This document shows, one piece after another, positions 52,718 to 64,000 of a stretch of 64,000 nt of DNA; position 1 is the first letter of the stretch; the number at the start of each line of letters is the position of its first letter. The stretch is taken from assembly GCF_001194135.2 (NCBI RefSeq), contig NC_068990.1, positions 66,516,710-66,580,709 of the forward strand, written 5' to 3'. The stretch comes from Octopus bimaculoides (lineage: Eukaryota). Under the pieces are notes generated by a model. It was not told the origin of the DNA. It saw nothing but the letters and a program-made list of their open reading frames with translations, and made no database searches. The translations under genes and the position numbers were made by a program.

Positions 52718-53543
52718 TCATGCAAGCATGTATGTATGTACATTTCTCTCTATCCCTCTCTTTATATATATATTATAGACACACAGACGAACATAGCATG
52801 ATTTGAGATCTATATGCATAGCTGTCTTTATTTTTCGCTGTTTCTTTCTCTTTCTCTTTCTCCCCTATCTCTTTTAGAAAACGAGCATATTTCCTATACT
52901 TCATAAAATTAATCATGATTTTTCAAAAATATTCACCTAAACTTGAATTATTTAAAAATGAACAAAACTGTAATTAAGAAATTCTATTTCATGTTAAAAT
53001 TACATACACCACATTACAATAAATGAACAGAGAAAATCAGATACCATAAATTCGACCTCCCTATGAGCAGTTTCAGAAGTATAGACATTTCTCTATAGAG
53101 AATTTGATGAGCTCATGATTAACAAGTGTAATCTTATAGATTCAGAAAAAAGAATTAACATACAATAAATTTTGCCTCGTGGGTGATAGTTGAAGCAATT
53201 CTGTCAACAATAAACTTCTGAATCAGGTGAAATATTTAGAAAACCGTACAAATAGCCTCAATAAAATAAGAATAAATCTACTGAATCACTAACCAACCGT
53301 TATTAAACTATTAGAGTGTCAGACGATGTATACTTAACATAAACATACAGGGATATATTGAGGAACCGACAGCGTATATCTTTTACGGTATTGTTACAAT
53401 TAGATAGACATTACAGTACACGCTTACACTCAAATCAAATACATGAAGTGGAGTTTCAATTTGATTTTACTTACTAAAGAGCACTATGAATATTTAGAGC
53501 TGTCCGCCAAAGTAAGTTCTTGTTCTAGATATATAAAGAACAT

Positions 53544-53885
53544 AGGTGCAGGCATGGCTGTGTAGTTAACAAGTTTTGCAACCACGTTGTTCCGGGTTCA
53601 GTTCAACTACACAGCATATTGAGCAAGTGACTTCTACTATAGTATCGCGCCGACAAATGTCTCGTAAGTGAATTTAATAGTCGGAGACTGTGTGGCAGCT
53701 TGTTGTATATATGTTTTGCTATGTGTGTTTTTATGTCCGTAGTTGTCGCCAACCTCCGCTACAGCTTGACAATCAGCGTTGTTTTATTAACGTTTCTGTA
53801 AGCTGACGGTTCGGCAAAGTGATCCGATAAAGTACAAGTCCTTAACAAATAATAAAGGTTGGCACCCATTTGTTCTACTAAACCT
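53544..53885 (+). mobile_element. SINE family A, near full length
   Basis: AGGTGCAGGCATGGCTGTGTAGTTAACAAG...CCGGGTTCAGTTC...GACTTCTACTATAG...GGTTCGGCAAAGTGATCCGATAAAGTAC. Confidence 0.8.
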
Positions 53886-54008
53886 CTCCTTAACCACAAT
53901 AAGACGAAAACTAGTGTTGTTTAACCCCAGGTCAATAATAGTTGAGCTGATCCATATCTACTACTACTTTAGATCTCATTTTTTACCCTGGTGACAAATA
54001 AATGAAAC

Positions 54009-54057
<49 letters not shown>

Positions 54058-54058
54058 T

Positions 54059-54245
54059 GGGTGGCGAGCTGACAGAATCGTTAGCACGCCGGGCAAAATG
54101 CTTAGCGGCATTTCGTTCGTCTTTACGTTCTGTGTTCAAATTCCGCCGAGGTCGACTATGCCTTTGATCCTTTCGGAGTCGATAATATAAGTACTTGTGG
54201 AACACTGGGGTCGTTGTAATCGACTTATCCACACTCTAAAATTTG
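54059..54245 (+). mobile_element. SINE family B between (ATT)n tracts
   Basis: GGGTGGCGAGCTGACAGAATCGTTAGCACGCCGGGC...TTCCGCCGAGGTCGAC...GATCCTTTCGGAGTCGATAATATAAGTAC. Confidence 0.9.
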
Positions 54246-54296
54246 AAACCATTACTATTATTATTATCATTATTATTATTACTATCATTATTATTA

Positions 54297-54343
<47 letters not shown>

Positions 54344-54364
54344 ATTATTATTATTATTATTATT

Positions 54365-54816
54365 GAGTGAGAGAGCAGTGCATGCCATCAAAGTGACACT
54401 GGGGTACACATATATGAAGTCCAGTATACCCATCATGACTTCCGTCTGATAAGGGTAGTCCTGATTAGTAATAATTTTCTTCAAGTCGGGTAGCTCATCT
54501 CGCTCAAAATGTCTCTGAATAAGGGGTGAACGAGACACCCACGTTTCCAGACGTGAATTATCTAAACTCACCAAAATTCCTCCCAACAAATGGCTATCAT
54601 GCTCCCCCACTACTTCTGCTCGTGATCAGAGATGCACATATCGTCAGCCACTAAAGGACATGCTCAACTGGTTAAAGTTAAACAACTGAGAAGCAAATTT
54701 GTGGTATAGAGAATATTTTCTGTAGTCCATGTTTTATACGAAGACAAAACAATGTACGTGATAACACTTCCAAGATGAGGAACCATGAAAGCCACTGCCT
54801 GGTACTGAATCAGGGC

Positions 54817-54817
<1 letters not shown>
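54365..54817. mobile_element. ~450-bp non-coding element embedded in (ATT/TAA)n; possibly a non-autonomous TAA-targeting retroelement
   Basis: Complex sequence GAGTGAGAGAGCAGTGCATGCC...GGTACTGAATCAGGGCA with sharp boundaries and ATT arrays on both sides. I recall it as a dispersed octopus repeat; single copy here. Confidence 0.5.
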
Positions 54818-54874
<57 letters not shown>

Positions 54875-55494
54875 GACAAAGTAAATAAGAGTGCAATTAA
54901 TAAATAATATTTCTTGTTAGAATCACTCTCTCTCACGCGCGCGCGCGCATACCCATATGCTATAATACAAAAATATATCAAAAAAGCGAATCGATCTCTC
55001 TGCGAACAGTTTCAAGAAAATAGAGTTTCATTTTGTCAGTAGATAATTTAATTTGCTGATGATTAAGAAGAGAAGGCCATTAATGTTATAGATGCATTGA
55101 ATTCTGTTGTACCATTAAATAACAATGGTTATATAGTATATTATTACTATTACTATATAATAACGGTTATATAATATGTTATATTATTATTCATAAGTGT
55201 TACATTATATAACAATAGAGCAACACATTGACTTCTCAAAATCCATCTGAAAAACTAGAATGATCGGAAAATGTTCCCCATTTCTATTAGATATTTCTGT
55301 GTCGTAAAATCGAAACCCTTTCTTTTCATCAGGTTAACATTTCTGTTATGTATTTGTGAACAATGCCGTCGTTATGTAAAGATTTTCTTCATGCCAATCA
55401 TTGGTTCAGAAGTATCCAGAAATGGGAGATTAAATCAATTAATTTCTAAAAGAGGTTAAACCAAGTTTGCTTCTGGATAAAATTTATTTCAATA

Positions 55495-55720
55495 GTGAAG
55501 GTGCGTGACCTAGTTGTTAGGGTGTTTCGCTCAAGATCGCAATGTTGTGGTTACGATTCCGGGACCTGGCGCTGCATTAGGTTCTTGAGTAAAACAATGC
55601 ATTTCGCGATGCTACAGTCTAAGCAGCTGTAAATAACTGACCTTGTGGCGGACTAGTATCCCGTTCACGGTCAATGTTGTGACTGACCCTATGAGCCCTA
55701 GAACTTCAGGTAGTTCAGAG
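55495..55720 (+). mobile_element. Diverged tRNA-derived SINE (different family; V/Meta-like core)
   Basis: GTGCGTGACCTAGTTGTTAGGGTG...TGTGGTTACGATTCC head, TTCTTGAGTAAAAC and GACCTTGTGGCGGACTAGTATCCCGTTC core. Confidence 0.5.
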
Positions 55721-55802
55721 GTTGACGATGATGATGATGTTGCTTCTGCTGCTATTGCTGCTGATGACTAGTGTTCTGCGTTAAAGTTTTCATATCGAAT
55801 TA

Positions 55803-55830
55803 ACGTATTTACTCGTGCATAACTCGCACT
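55803..55830 (+). mobile_element. Isolated Tc1/pogo-type TIR-like remnant
   Basis: CGTATTTACTCGTGCATAACTCGCAC resembles pogo/Tigger-type termini. No partner TIR or ORF found. Confidence 0.3.
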
Positions 55831-56697
55831 TATATATACAATGTACCCGTAAATTAGTGTTAAATTCTGGACAAATTTGTCTCTCCGTAGTTTTAGCTTT
55901 GCTCCACAGTTTTTTTCAGTTAAAATCAAATATATAGACAAATAAATTCGGTGCATGTCACATTTAGAAATTACTTGTCTTTCTCTATATTTTTGAAATG
56001 TAGCAAATATTCTGAAAGGAAACACCCATGGAATAAATTGTTCAAGAGATTCTCTACAGTATAAGGCTAGAAATGATTTTCACCTGAAGGATTTAATAAG
56101 TATATTTTGCCACTCTATAAGACTGCGTGTTTATACTTTATCAGTTATTGTGGCTGATTCATAGTTCATAGTCCAATAAGAACTGCTTGTCTTGAATGTA
56201 AATAGTAAAAAATAAACTTGATATTTTGTACACAACTTTGTCCAGCTTGAATTAATCGATTAAGGGCATATAGAGATATATGTATGTATTTGCCTGAGTG
56301 TTTGTATATGGTAGCATTAAATGCATGTATAATATTATATTTCTCGTTGTTTGCGTGACTGGTCACATATTTGCTGACATAAGAGAAAACGACAAAAAGA
56401 GTGAGAAATTATAAGAAGGGCAATGGTCAGAAAGTTTACAGTAATAGTGTGACAAGGATAATAGTGGCGGTGACGGTAATGAAAGGGTAGATGATATAAG
56501 AAAATCTTTTATTAATTCCTTCATATTAGTTTTGCTATAAAGTCTGTTAACTCTTAACTACTGATTCAAGGAAATAACCATAAAAATTTCGCATATCCAT
56601 GCATATAAATGCACATACATAGTGTATAATATATATATATGTATACACAGAGTATATAATATATATATTTATATGTATGGACATACATATGTATATA

Positions 56698-56728
<31 letters not shown>

Positions 56729-56955
56729 ATGTGCAATAGTATATACACAGAAGGTTGAGGTAGAGTAGGGGCAGTTCTGTGAGCAGTCAATGTCTAAACA
56801 CAAATAAACTGCTATCTTTTTTTCCTTTATGTAATAAATACACCAATCTATTCTAACCAGCGTATTCAGCTGTATATCAGATAAAGTTTGTACTATGTAA
56901 AATATATATTTATATATATTTCGTAACACATTAGGATCTAAGATCAAAATTTAGA

Positions 56956-56998
<43 letters not shown>

Positions 56999-57574
56999 NN
57001 NNNNNNNNATATATATATATATATATATATATATAGTTTTCGAATAACAGAAACGTTTATACATTCATTCAAAAAGTATTCTTTGTGTTGACTGTAATTT
57101 CATCAAACGACATCGGTTATATTACACCACAAAATCCTTCACTTCTTTTTGCTGAACTGCTTTATTTATTTATCTATTTATTTATCTATTTATTTATTTG
57201 TAGTTACTTTCCTTTTTATTTCACCTTTTTCTCTGTCTCTCAATTTTCAATAATTTTTGTCGTCTTCTGTTTTGCTGAGATTTCCATATTATACTCTGAC
57301 AAGCTGCTGTCAACTGATGCGGTAGACATGTACTTTGGTTGAAACATGTTTTAAAGTAGTGATTGCCTATAACAAATTCCAACAACTATTTAGCATGTAA
57401 TTCGCAAACATGTAAAGTATAATTGAATACCATTATTTTGTATAAAAATATGGAGATGGTTTTACTTACTGAGCAATCAGATTAGCTATTCATATGGGCA
57501 TCAAATTTAAGGTATAAACGTGTTATGCATTTACTCTATTTGCATAGTTATTCATGTAAAATCATATTCACTTA

Positions 57575-57915
57575 AGGCGCGTGGCACTATGGTTAAAGCC
57601 TCGGGTTCGCAATCATGAGGTAGTGATTTCAATTTGAGGATCGGGCTGTGTATTGTGTTCTTGAGCGAAATACTTTATTTTACGTTGCTCCTGTTCACTT
57701 AACTGTAGAAATAAGTTGCGACGTCGCTGGTGCTAAGCTGTATCGGCCTTCTTTGAACGATACTGGTGGTGCAGAGAGGAGAGACTGGCATGCATGGGTG
57801 ACTGCTGGTCTTCCATAAAAACAACTTTGCCCAGACTTGTGCCGCGGAGGGTAATTTTTTATGTGCAATCCCATGATTATTCATGACCGAAGGGGGGGGG
57901 GTCTTTATTCTTTAC
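57575..57915 (+). mobile_element. tRNA-derived SINE, family C
   Basis: AAGGCGCGTGGCACTATGGTTAAAGCCTCGGGTTCGCAATCATGAGGTAGTGATTTCAATT head, TTGTGTTCTTGAGCGAAATACTTTATTTTACGTTGCTCC core and CATGACCGAAGGGG..TCTTTATTCTTTACC tail. Confidence 0.7.
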
Positions 57916-57989
57916 CCTATAGTCACTTCCATCATAATATGAGAGAGATAGAGAACCAGTCTGAATATCAACTAGTTTAACAGTTTATA

Positions 57990-58140
57990 TAGTAACAGCT
58001 TAGGGTTTGTTGGCCTGCAGATTTTTGATACTTTACAAAAAAGCCTCAGAATGTAGATGTGGATATTTTCAAAGAACAAAACAAATTGACAAATTTTTAT
58101 CAAATATACCAGATGACCCATATCTCGACAATAAACATAA
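57990..58140 (+). mobile_element. CR1-type LINE ORF2 C-terminal fragment
   Basis: GLQIFDTLQKSLR / IDKFLSNIPDDP matches the CR1-clade (GP.LFN.LP..LR...LDKFL..IPDEP) terminus. Confidence 0.6.
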
Positions 58141-58952
58141 AGAGCAGCTCTGTGCAACTCACTACTTCATCGGGAATGATTCCGGTGAAAGAAGCAGACA
58201 TGAGTCTAAAATAAGCAAGCATTAGCGCTAATGGCAATGCACCAGCATGACCAAAGCTCCTGGATGAAACTAATAAAATATTAGAATTATAGATTGATAG
58301 TTTATATTAAAGTTAGGTGATAGCAATGTTAAATGTTCTCGTTCATAAAACCTGAACATATACTCTGTTTTAGTAAATGGTGCTGTTTATATATTTAAAA
58401 TATGCCGCTTACGTATGCACCTAAAGTTAGGTTGTATCATATGAAGGAGATTTTATGTGATCGCTCAACCTGCTAGGAATAAGAGCGAAGTCTACCTCAA
58501 ATTAAACGCTTCCATCTTTTAATAAAGGGGAGGCATATTGAATTATGTATTACTATATACCCAAGGCTTGATATAGTACAGGACTTGGGTTATGGAAGAA
58601 ACTCTTTTGATCTTAAGATTTGTTTATTTAGGAATGACCTGCAGTTATATAAATAACATACCAACTCTCAGGTTCTGTCTAGTTTTAATTACAAAGCTCC
58701 GACCGATCAGAGTTTATGGAACAAGAAAACTCTCCCAAGGAACGGCGCAGTGTGATAGAACTTAGAATGACATGACTGCGAACCGAATTTGTTAAACACA
58801 TGGTAATGTCATCTAAATATAAAAGAAATGTAAAGGTTACAGCTGTAACATTTTTGTTTACAAGCCTGTTCATTTAGGGCTAACCTAATACAACGCAACA
58901 ACAGCTGGACCTACTTACGGTTAACTTGCCTTTGCGGTACGTATCACGTTGA

Positions 58953-60164
58953 TACGAGGGTGGGCTGAAAAGTTCAAAGGCTGACTATGAAAGAATGGTG
59001 CAAGAGCTGTGAAATATTGCATGTATTAATTTCAACTCTTCTTACTAATAAATGCATTGTTTCTTTCCAGTTAAATTGACATCTAACCGCTCAAAGAACA
59101 ATTCAAAATTAACGAATAGCGACATCTCTTGAAAATGGACAAAATTTAACACCGTGGTGTCATCAAATACTTGCAGAAAAAGAGTTTAGCCCTCAACGAA
59201 ATACAGGCTAACATGGTTGCTACATTAGGGGACGGTACTCCAGCTTTATCAACAGTGCAAAAGTTTAGGAGGGGAAGAGAGAATTTTGAAAATGACCTAA
59301 GGCCTGGATTTCCTGCAACTGCTACCACCGAGGAAAGCATTGATCGTTTTCACCACATGCTAATGGATGACAGGCGATTGATAATAAGTCAAATAGTTAA
59401 CGCTATTAGCATATCCAGTGAGAGAGCTGAAAATATTCTGCCCAATGAACATGGAATGATGAAGGTTTCTGCTCAGTGGGTGCTACATCTGACAACGGAT
59501 CAAAAGTGCACCAGAATGATCAGACTGCGCGAAAATCTGACAATAAGGCAGCTGGTTTCCTTGACTATTTCCTAAACCAGGAGCAGCGTTGGCTTCCACC
59601 CTTTGAGCCAGAGACAAAGAGACAATCATTGCAGTGCAAGCTTTAACGAAGGCCAAGGTCGTTTCATCTGCAGGGAAGTTGATAGCCTCTGTTTTGAGGG
59701 ATGCAAAAGCATCGTGTTTATCGGCTATTTTCAAAAGGGCCATACCATTAATGGGGAGTATTATGCCAACTTGCTGAGGTATTTACGAAAGTAAATCAAA
59801 ACCAAAACCCCATGAAAACTGACAAAAGATGTCTTATTTCGTCGGTACAATGCTCCAGCACATACGTATTTGGTTCCAATGGCTGCTGTGCATGACTGTA
59901 GCTTTGAACTGTTTGAGCACCGTCTTTGACTATCATCTGTTCTCCAACATGAAAATAATGAAAATGCACTTGGCTGGGAAACAGTATCGCAGGGATGATG
60001 ACGACATATCTGCTGTTGATGAGTTTTTGACCAACAAAATGAAAGCTTCTTCACCAATGGAATCGAAGCATTCCAACACCGATGGAAGAATTGTGTGAAC
60101 TGCAAGAGGGACTATGTTGAAACATAAACCTCATTTAGTCACATTCCATGAGAGAATCTTGGTC
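58953..60164 (+). mobile_element. Near full-length mariner (DD34D) transposon; transposase pseudogene 59135-60127; right TIR missing
   Basis: TA-CGAGGGTGGGCTGAAAAGTTCA left TIR. Motifs MDKI*HRGVIKYL...KVSAQWVLHL..DQK, FEPETKRQS, KGHTINGEYYANLL, NAPAH, DYHLFSNMK..HLAGK and WKNCVNCKRDYVET*. Confidence 0.93.
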
Positions 60165-60766
60165 TGTCGTCGTAACTGATTGGGATGGGGGAAAAGGATC
60201 TGCGATTGCATATTATTACCGCTTTTCATTTGAATATTCATGTACCCACCCCTTATTTTATGATACAACCTCCTGCTTTTTAAGATTAACTAAATTAAAA
60301 TCTTCCATCAAAATTACACACACACACACACACCCACACCCACACCCACACACACACCCACACATCCACACACACACAGACCCCCCCCACACACACACAC
60401 ATTTCAAACAGCTTAATAATGGCAAACTTATTTTACTGAATTTTTTGAAAGTTTCAAACTTAAATCTAGCCATTGCAATAACATAGTAACAAGAAGGGTT
60501 AAACTGAACCAAACCATGGAAAATAGAAGACCAAGTATCCCAAATTCTTTGAAGGTTATCAGGTGCAATAGTTGAAGGTTTCTAATTCTGTGCCAAAGTA
60601 AATACTTTACGATCGAATCTTGACCTCGACCTAATAATATAAAGAAAAACAGAATCCAAACAAACAATCGGACAACATACGGATATTAATGGTAATTCGA
60701 TTTTCAACTTCATTGCGTAGATGCCATTCCTAGATATAGCGTCATTAATGTATGTATGTATATATG

Positions 60767-60797
<31 letters not shown>

Positions 60798-60818
60798 CTA
60801 TCTATGTATGTATGTATG

Positions 60819-60939
<121 letters not shown>

Positions 60940-61233
60940 ATATATGTGTGTGAATGTGTGTGTGCGTGTGTGTATATGTGTGTGTGTAGTATTAATAATC
61001 ATAAGGAGAAAGTAATAGTATTAATACTATTAATACTGTTAGTCTACGGAAAATATGCAATCCTGTATAGGATACTCGGATTTACCCTGCAAGAAAAGTT
61101 ACCAGAGCCTAACAACTTATTGTTAGCTCGGACACCACAAAAGGACCGTTGTGGTTAGCCGGGATAGAAAACCGACTTCAGAGAAAGCACGGTAACCACC
61201 TGATATGATATATCCCTTTATACTCATTTTGGG

Positions 61234-61271
<38 letters not shown>

Positions 61272-61419
61272 ATCATTATACATGTGTATATATACATATA
61301 ATATACATACACATCCACATATATACACGAACCTGACATATGTAAATAGACACACATATCATCGTTAAAATTTGTTTAAATCTCAAAATATACATTCAAG
61401 TTATTTATAAAATATTACA

Positions 61420-61895
61420 ATGTGAATATCTAATATTTAGTAAACATGCCCTTTGCATTTTTCGGTGCAAGTAACCTATTAGGCAAGCTACTAATCTCAT
61501 GAATGAATATTTTCTTGAGGAATTTCTTGCCAAGTTTCATGAAGTAATCTCAAAGGATCTAGCTTTCAAGATATTTTCTTTTTCTTTTTCTGAATTGTTC
61601 AGCCCATTATGCCCCAGGGGTGTTGAATGGGGTTCCTATCTGGTGACTAGCTTGGCCACGGATGCTTTTTAATGCCATTGTCTTCCAACCAATCTTGAGT
61701 CTTTTTAGCTGTGTGACAAGGAGCCCCATTTTCTATAAATAAAGAGTCTTTCTTAATCATTTAACCACTGGAGAAGATTGGAAGGAATCCTTACTGCAAT
61801 ATAGATACATATTTATCTGGGTTTATGTTTCCTTCACACTCCACCAGCTCTGATCGAACATTGATCCAAATTGCTCCACAGACCATCTGCGAATA
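61420..61895 (-). mobile_element. Tc1-family (DD34E) transposase C-terminal fragment
   Basis: QMVCGAIW...CEGNINPDKYVSILQ..LPI...FIENGAPCHTAKKTQDWLEDNGI..PWPS*SPDRNPIQ...WQEIPQE..SLPNRL...KGMFTKY*. Catalytic D and E appear mutated to N and Q. Confidence 0.9.
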
Positions 61896-62420
61896 GTAAT
61901 ATATATATATATATTTGACAATTAAGTTGTCATCCCTTCTTATACGCATGTATATANNNNNNNNNNTATATATATATATACATATATATGTACGTATTTA
62001 TATGCATTCATATATAAGCATTTACGGTATACCTGTATACCTATGCGTATGTTGGTTCGAGTATATATAGGAAGTACACATATATGAAGATGTATACGAA
62101 TAAGTAGCTATGTATGCCTGTACGTAAGTGTGTGGTCGCGTGCACATGAGTATTTACTGGTAAATGAAAGTCAATCATATCACTGGTTATACAAATATGA
62201 TTTACTTCTAACGATTTTCTTTTCTTCTTACAACATCGATTGTAACAGTAGCTACATTGAGTGTAAACTAAACCCAACGGGAGCTACGTGAGTTTTTGAC
62301 TATATTACTAGCTTAGAATGTATGTGTGTGTCTGAGTATAAAAGTGTGTTTAATATTCGGTGTTATCCAGTGTGTGAGTCCGTGTGTGTGGGTATACACA
62401 CACATATATAAATACACATG

Positions 62421-62467
<47 letters not shown>

Positions 62468-62637
62468 TATATATGTATGTATACATATATACACACACAC
62501 AAAGACACGCACCCATTTACTGGCTAACATCTAATATATGTATGTGTGGGTGCGGGGTGTGGTACGTGCGTGTGGATAGTTCGATAGATAGATAGATGGA
62601 TAAAGTTAAAGATATATAAACAAACACNNNNNNNNNN

Positions 62638-62669
<32 letters not shown>

Positions 62670-63739
62670 CAAGAATAAGGGCAGGGAATCGTCAATTAAT
62701 ATATATATATATATATATAGATAGATAGATATATATATATACGCATGCACACACACACATACACACGCACGCACACACACACATACACACCCATACATAT
62801 ATTAATGTGTATGTGTGTGTGTGTGTATGCACTTATGTCTTTGTGTATGTACGTGGAGCTGTGTTGTGGATATGTGGGTACATATTATATGTAGGTACAT
62901 GTCTACGTTTTGGGTGTGTGCCCATGAACAGACGCGCGCGCAACACACAGACACATATATTCATACACATATATGCGCACACACATGTAAAAGTATATAT
63001 ATAGATATATGTGTGTGTGCGTGCGTGTGTGTGTGCCCACGCGCCCGCGTCTGTGTGTTCATTCACATAGCAACATAGAAAAGTGAATGTGTATATTATA
63101 TTCTTCTCCGCAGTTGCTAAATGTGTTTCGTCGAAACCTGCATATTTAATCTATTCATATATTCTGACCAATAGTTGTTAATTTTTCAGAAGCACTGATG
63201 CATTAGACGGCTTCAGCGAGGTTTATTCCTAGAAATATTCCCGTTGGTGTTATATGTTTGCAGATTGAATCAACTAATATCACTGCTAAATATAACGAAA
63301 ACGAAAAAGAAACAAAATACAGAAAAATCCACTCGCACGCACAAACACACGCACGCACACACACACATACACACACAAATGTATGCATGCATACATACAT
63401 ATACATACGTACATACATACCTACATACATACATACATACACACATATATCTGACAAATGAAAAATTAACGTCATGTTTGTTTCTTTTGACTGGGCAAAA
63501 TGCCAGATTTTTGTATGTGATATAATGTAGCTGCTGTTGTTTGCATTGGACTTTATATTAAAGCTAATTCTTTTTTTGGATCCCATGGGAGTAAAACCTG
63601 TATGGTTGTCAATGCTCGAATTTGAACTCTTAATGTATACATTCAAAAGTATGTGCGATTACTTTTTTGGTGGTGGTAGTGTACTTTTGTGAGGAAGAAA
63701 GACAGAGTTCCTGACCCTTTAGAGAGCCTACGAGACTTG

Positions 63740-63960
63740 TGAGAGAGGTGACAGGAAAGTTTGCCACAGAGCAAGGTGTGAAGTTGTGGTGTTAAATCGA
63801 GGGACAAATTAAGTCTACTACCTTTGTATTTGCTTGTGAAACATGGCACCTGAAAACCTGCCAAATAAAAGAACCTAGACACTTTTGAAAGCAGATGCTT
63901 CCTAATAATACTAGATATCAAATGGAACGATTTTATCAGTAATGAGGAAGGTTAGAACCA
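63740..63960 (+). mobile_element. RTE-clade LINE RT C-terminal fragment
   Basis: STTFVFACETWHLKTCQIK...RCFLIILDIKWNDFISNEE matches the RTE (STLLYACETW...RCLR.IL.I.W.D.ISNEE) motif. Confidence 0.7.
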
Positions 63961-64000
63961 GCTCCATCACCCTCACTACCTGCAAGTGTCAACCGAGTTA

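Noticed and set aside
57312-57352. CTGATGC...GAAACATGTT hammerhead-like string
   Set aside because: A9 is changed, stem II does not pair convincingly and stem I is only 2 bp.
60428-60630. Minus-strand strong acceptor followed by a hydrophobic open frame
   Set aside because: No convincing donor, no recognisable homology, and it abuts a microsatellite.

Overview
AT-rich eukaryotic scaffold with many N gaps, most flanked by microsatellites. The repeat content (tRNA-derived SINEs, (CA/TA/AG/ATT)n arrays, Penelope, Dong/R4, RTE, mariner) resembles an octopus (coleoid cephalopod) genome; this is my inference, not a database result. I recognise no intact host gene, tRNA/rRNA gene or CRISPR array, so the window is probably intergenic or intronic. 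Most long ORF-track entries are artefacts of N-runs and dinucleotide repeats. DNA transposon remnants: three mariner (DD34D) copies, one maT-type DD37D, one Tc1 C-terminus, one apparently full-length TIR-bounded hAT, and two TA-flanked foldback MITEs. Retroelement remnants: Penelope-like RT/GIY-YIG fragments with LTR-like pieces, four Dong/R4-type (RLE) fragments, RTE and CR1 ends, and about 20 SINE copies. The most interesting observations are (1) a direct-inverted-direct triplication forming a ~290 bp loopless palindrome at 40.0-40.4 kb, (2) two degenerate minimal hammerhead-ribozyme folds (28.0 and 47.2 kb), (3) two nests of elements stacked in (TAA/ATT)n tracts, (4) an RTE end with multiple C2H2-like fingers, and (5) an unassigned coding-like stretch and two candidate exons. 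I found no convincing wholly new multi-gene system.
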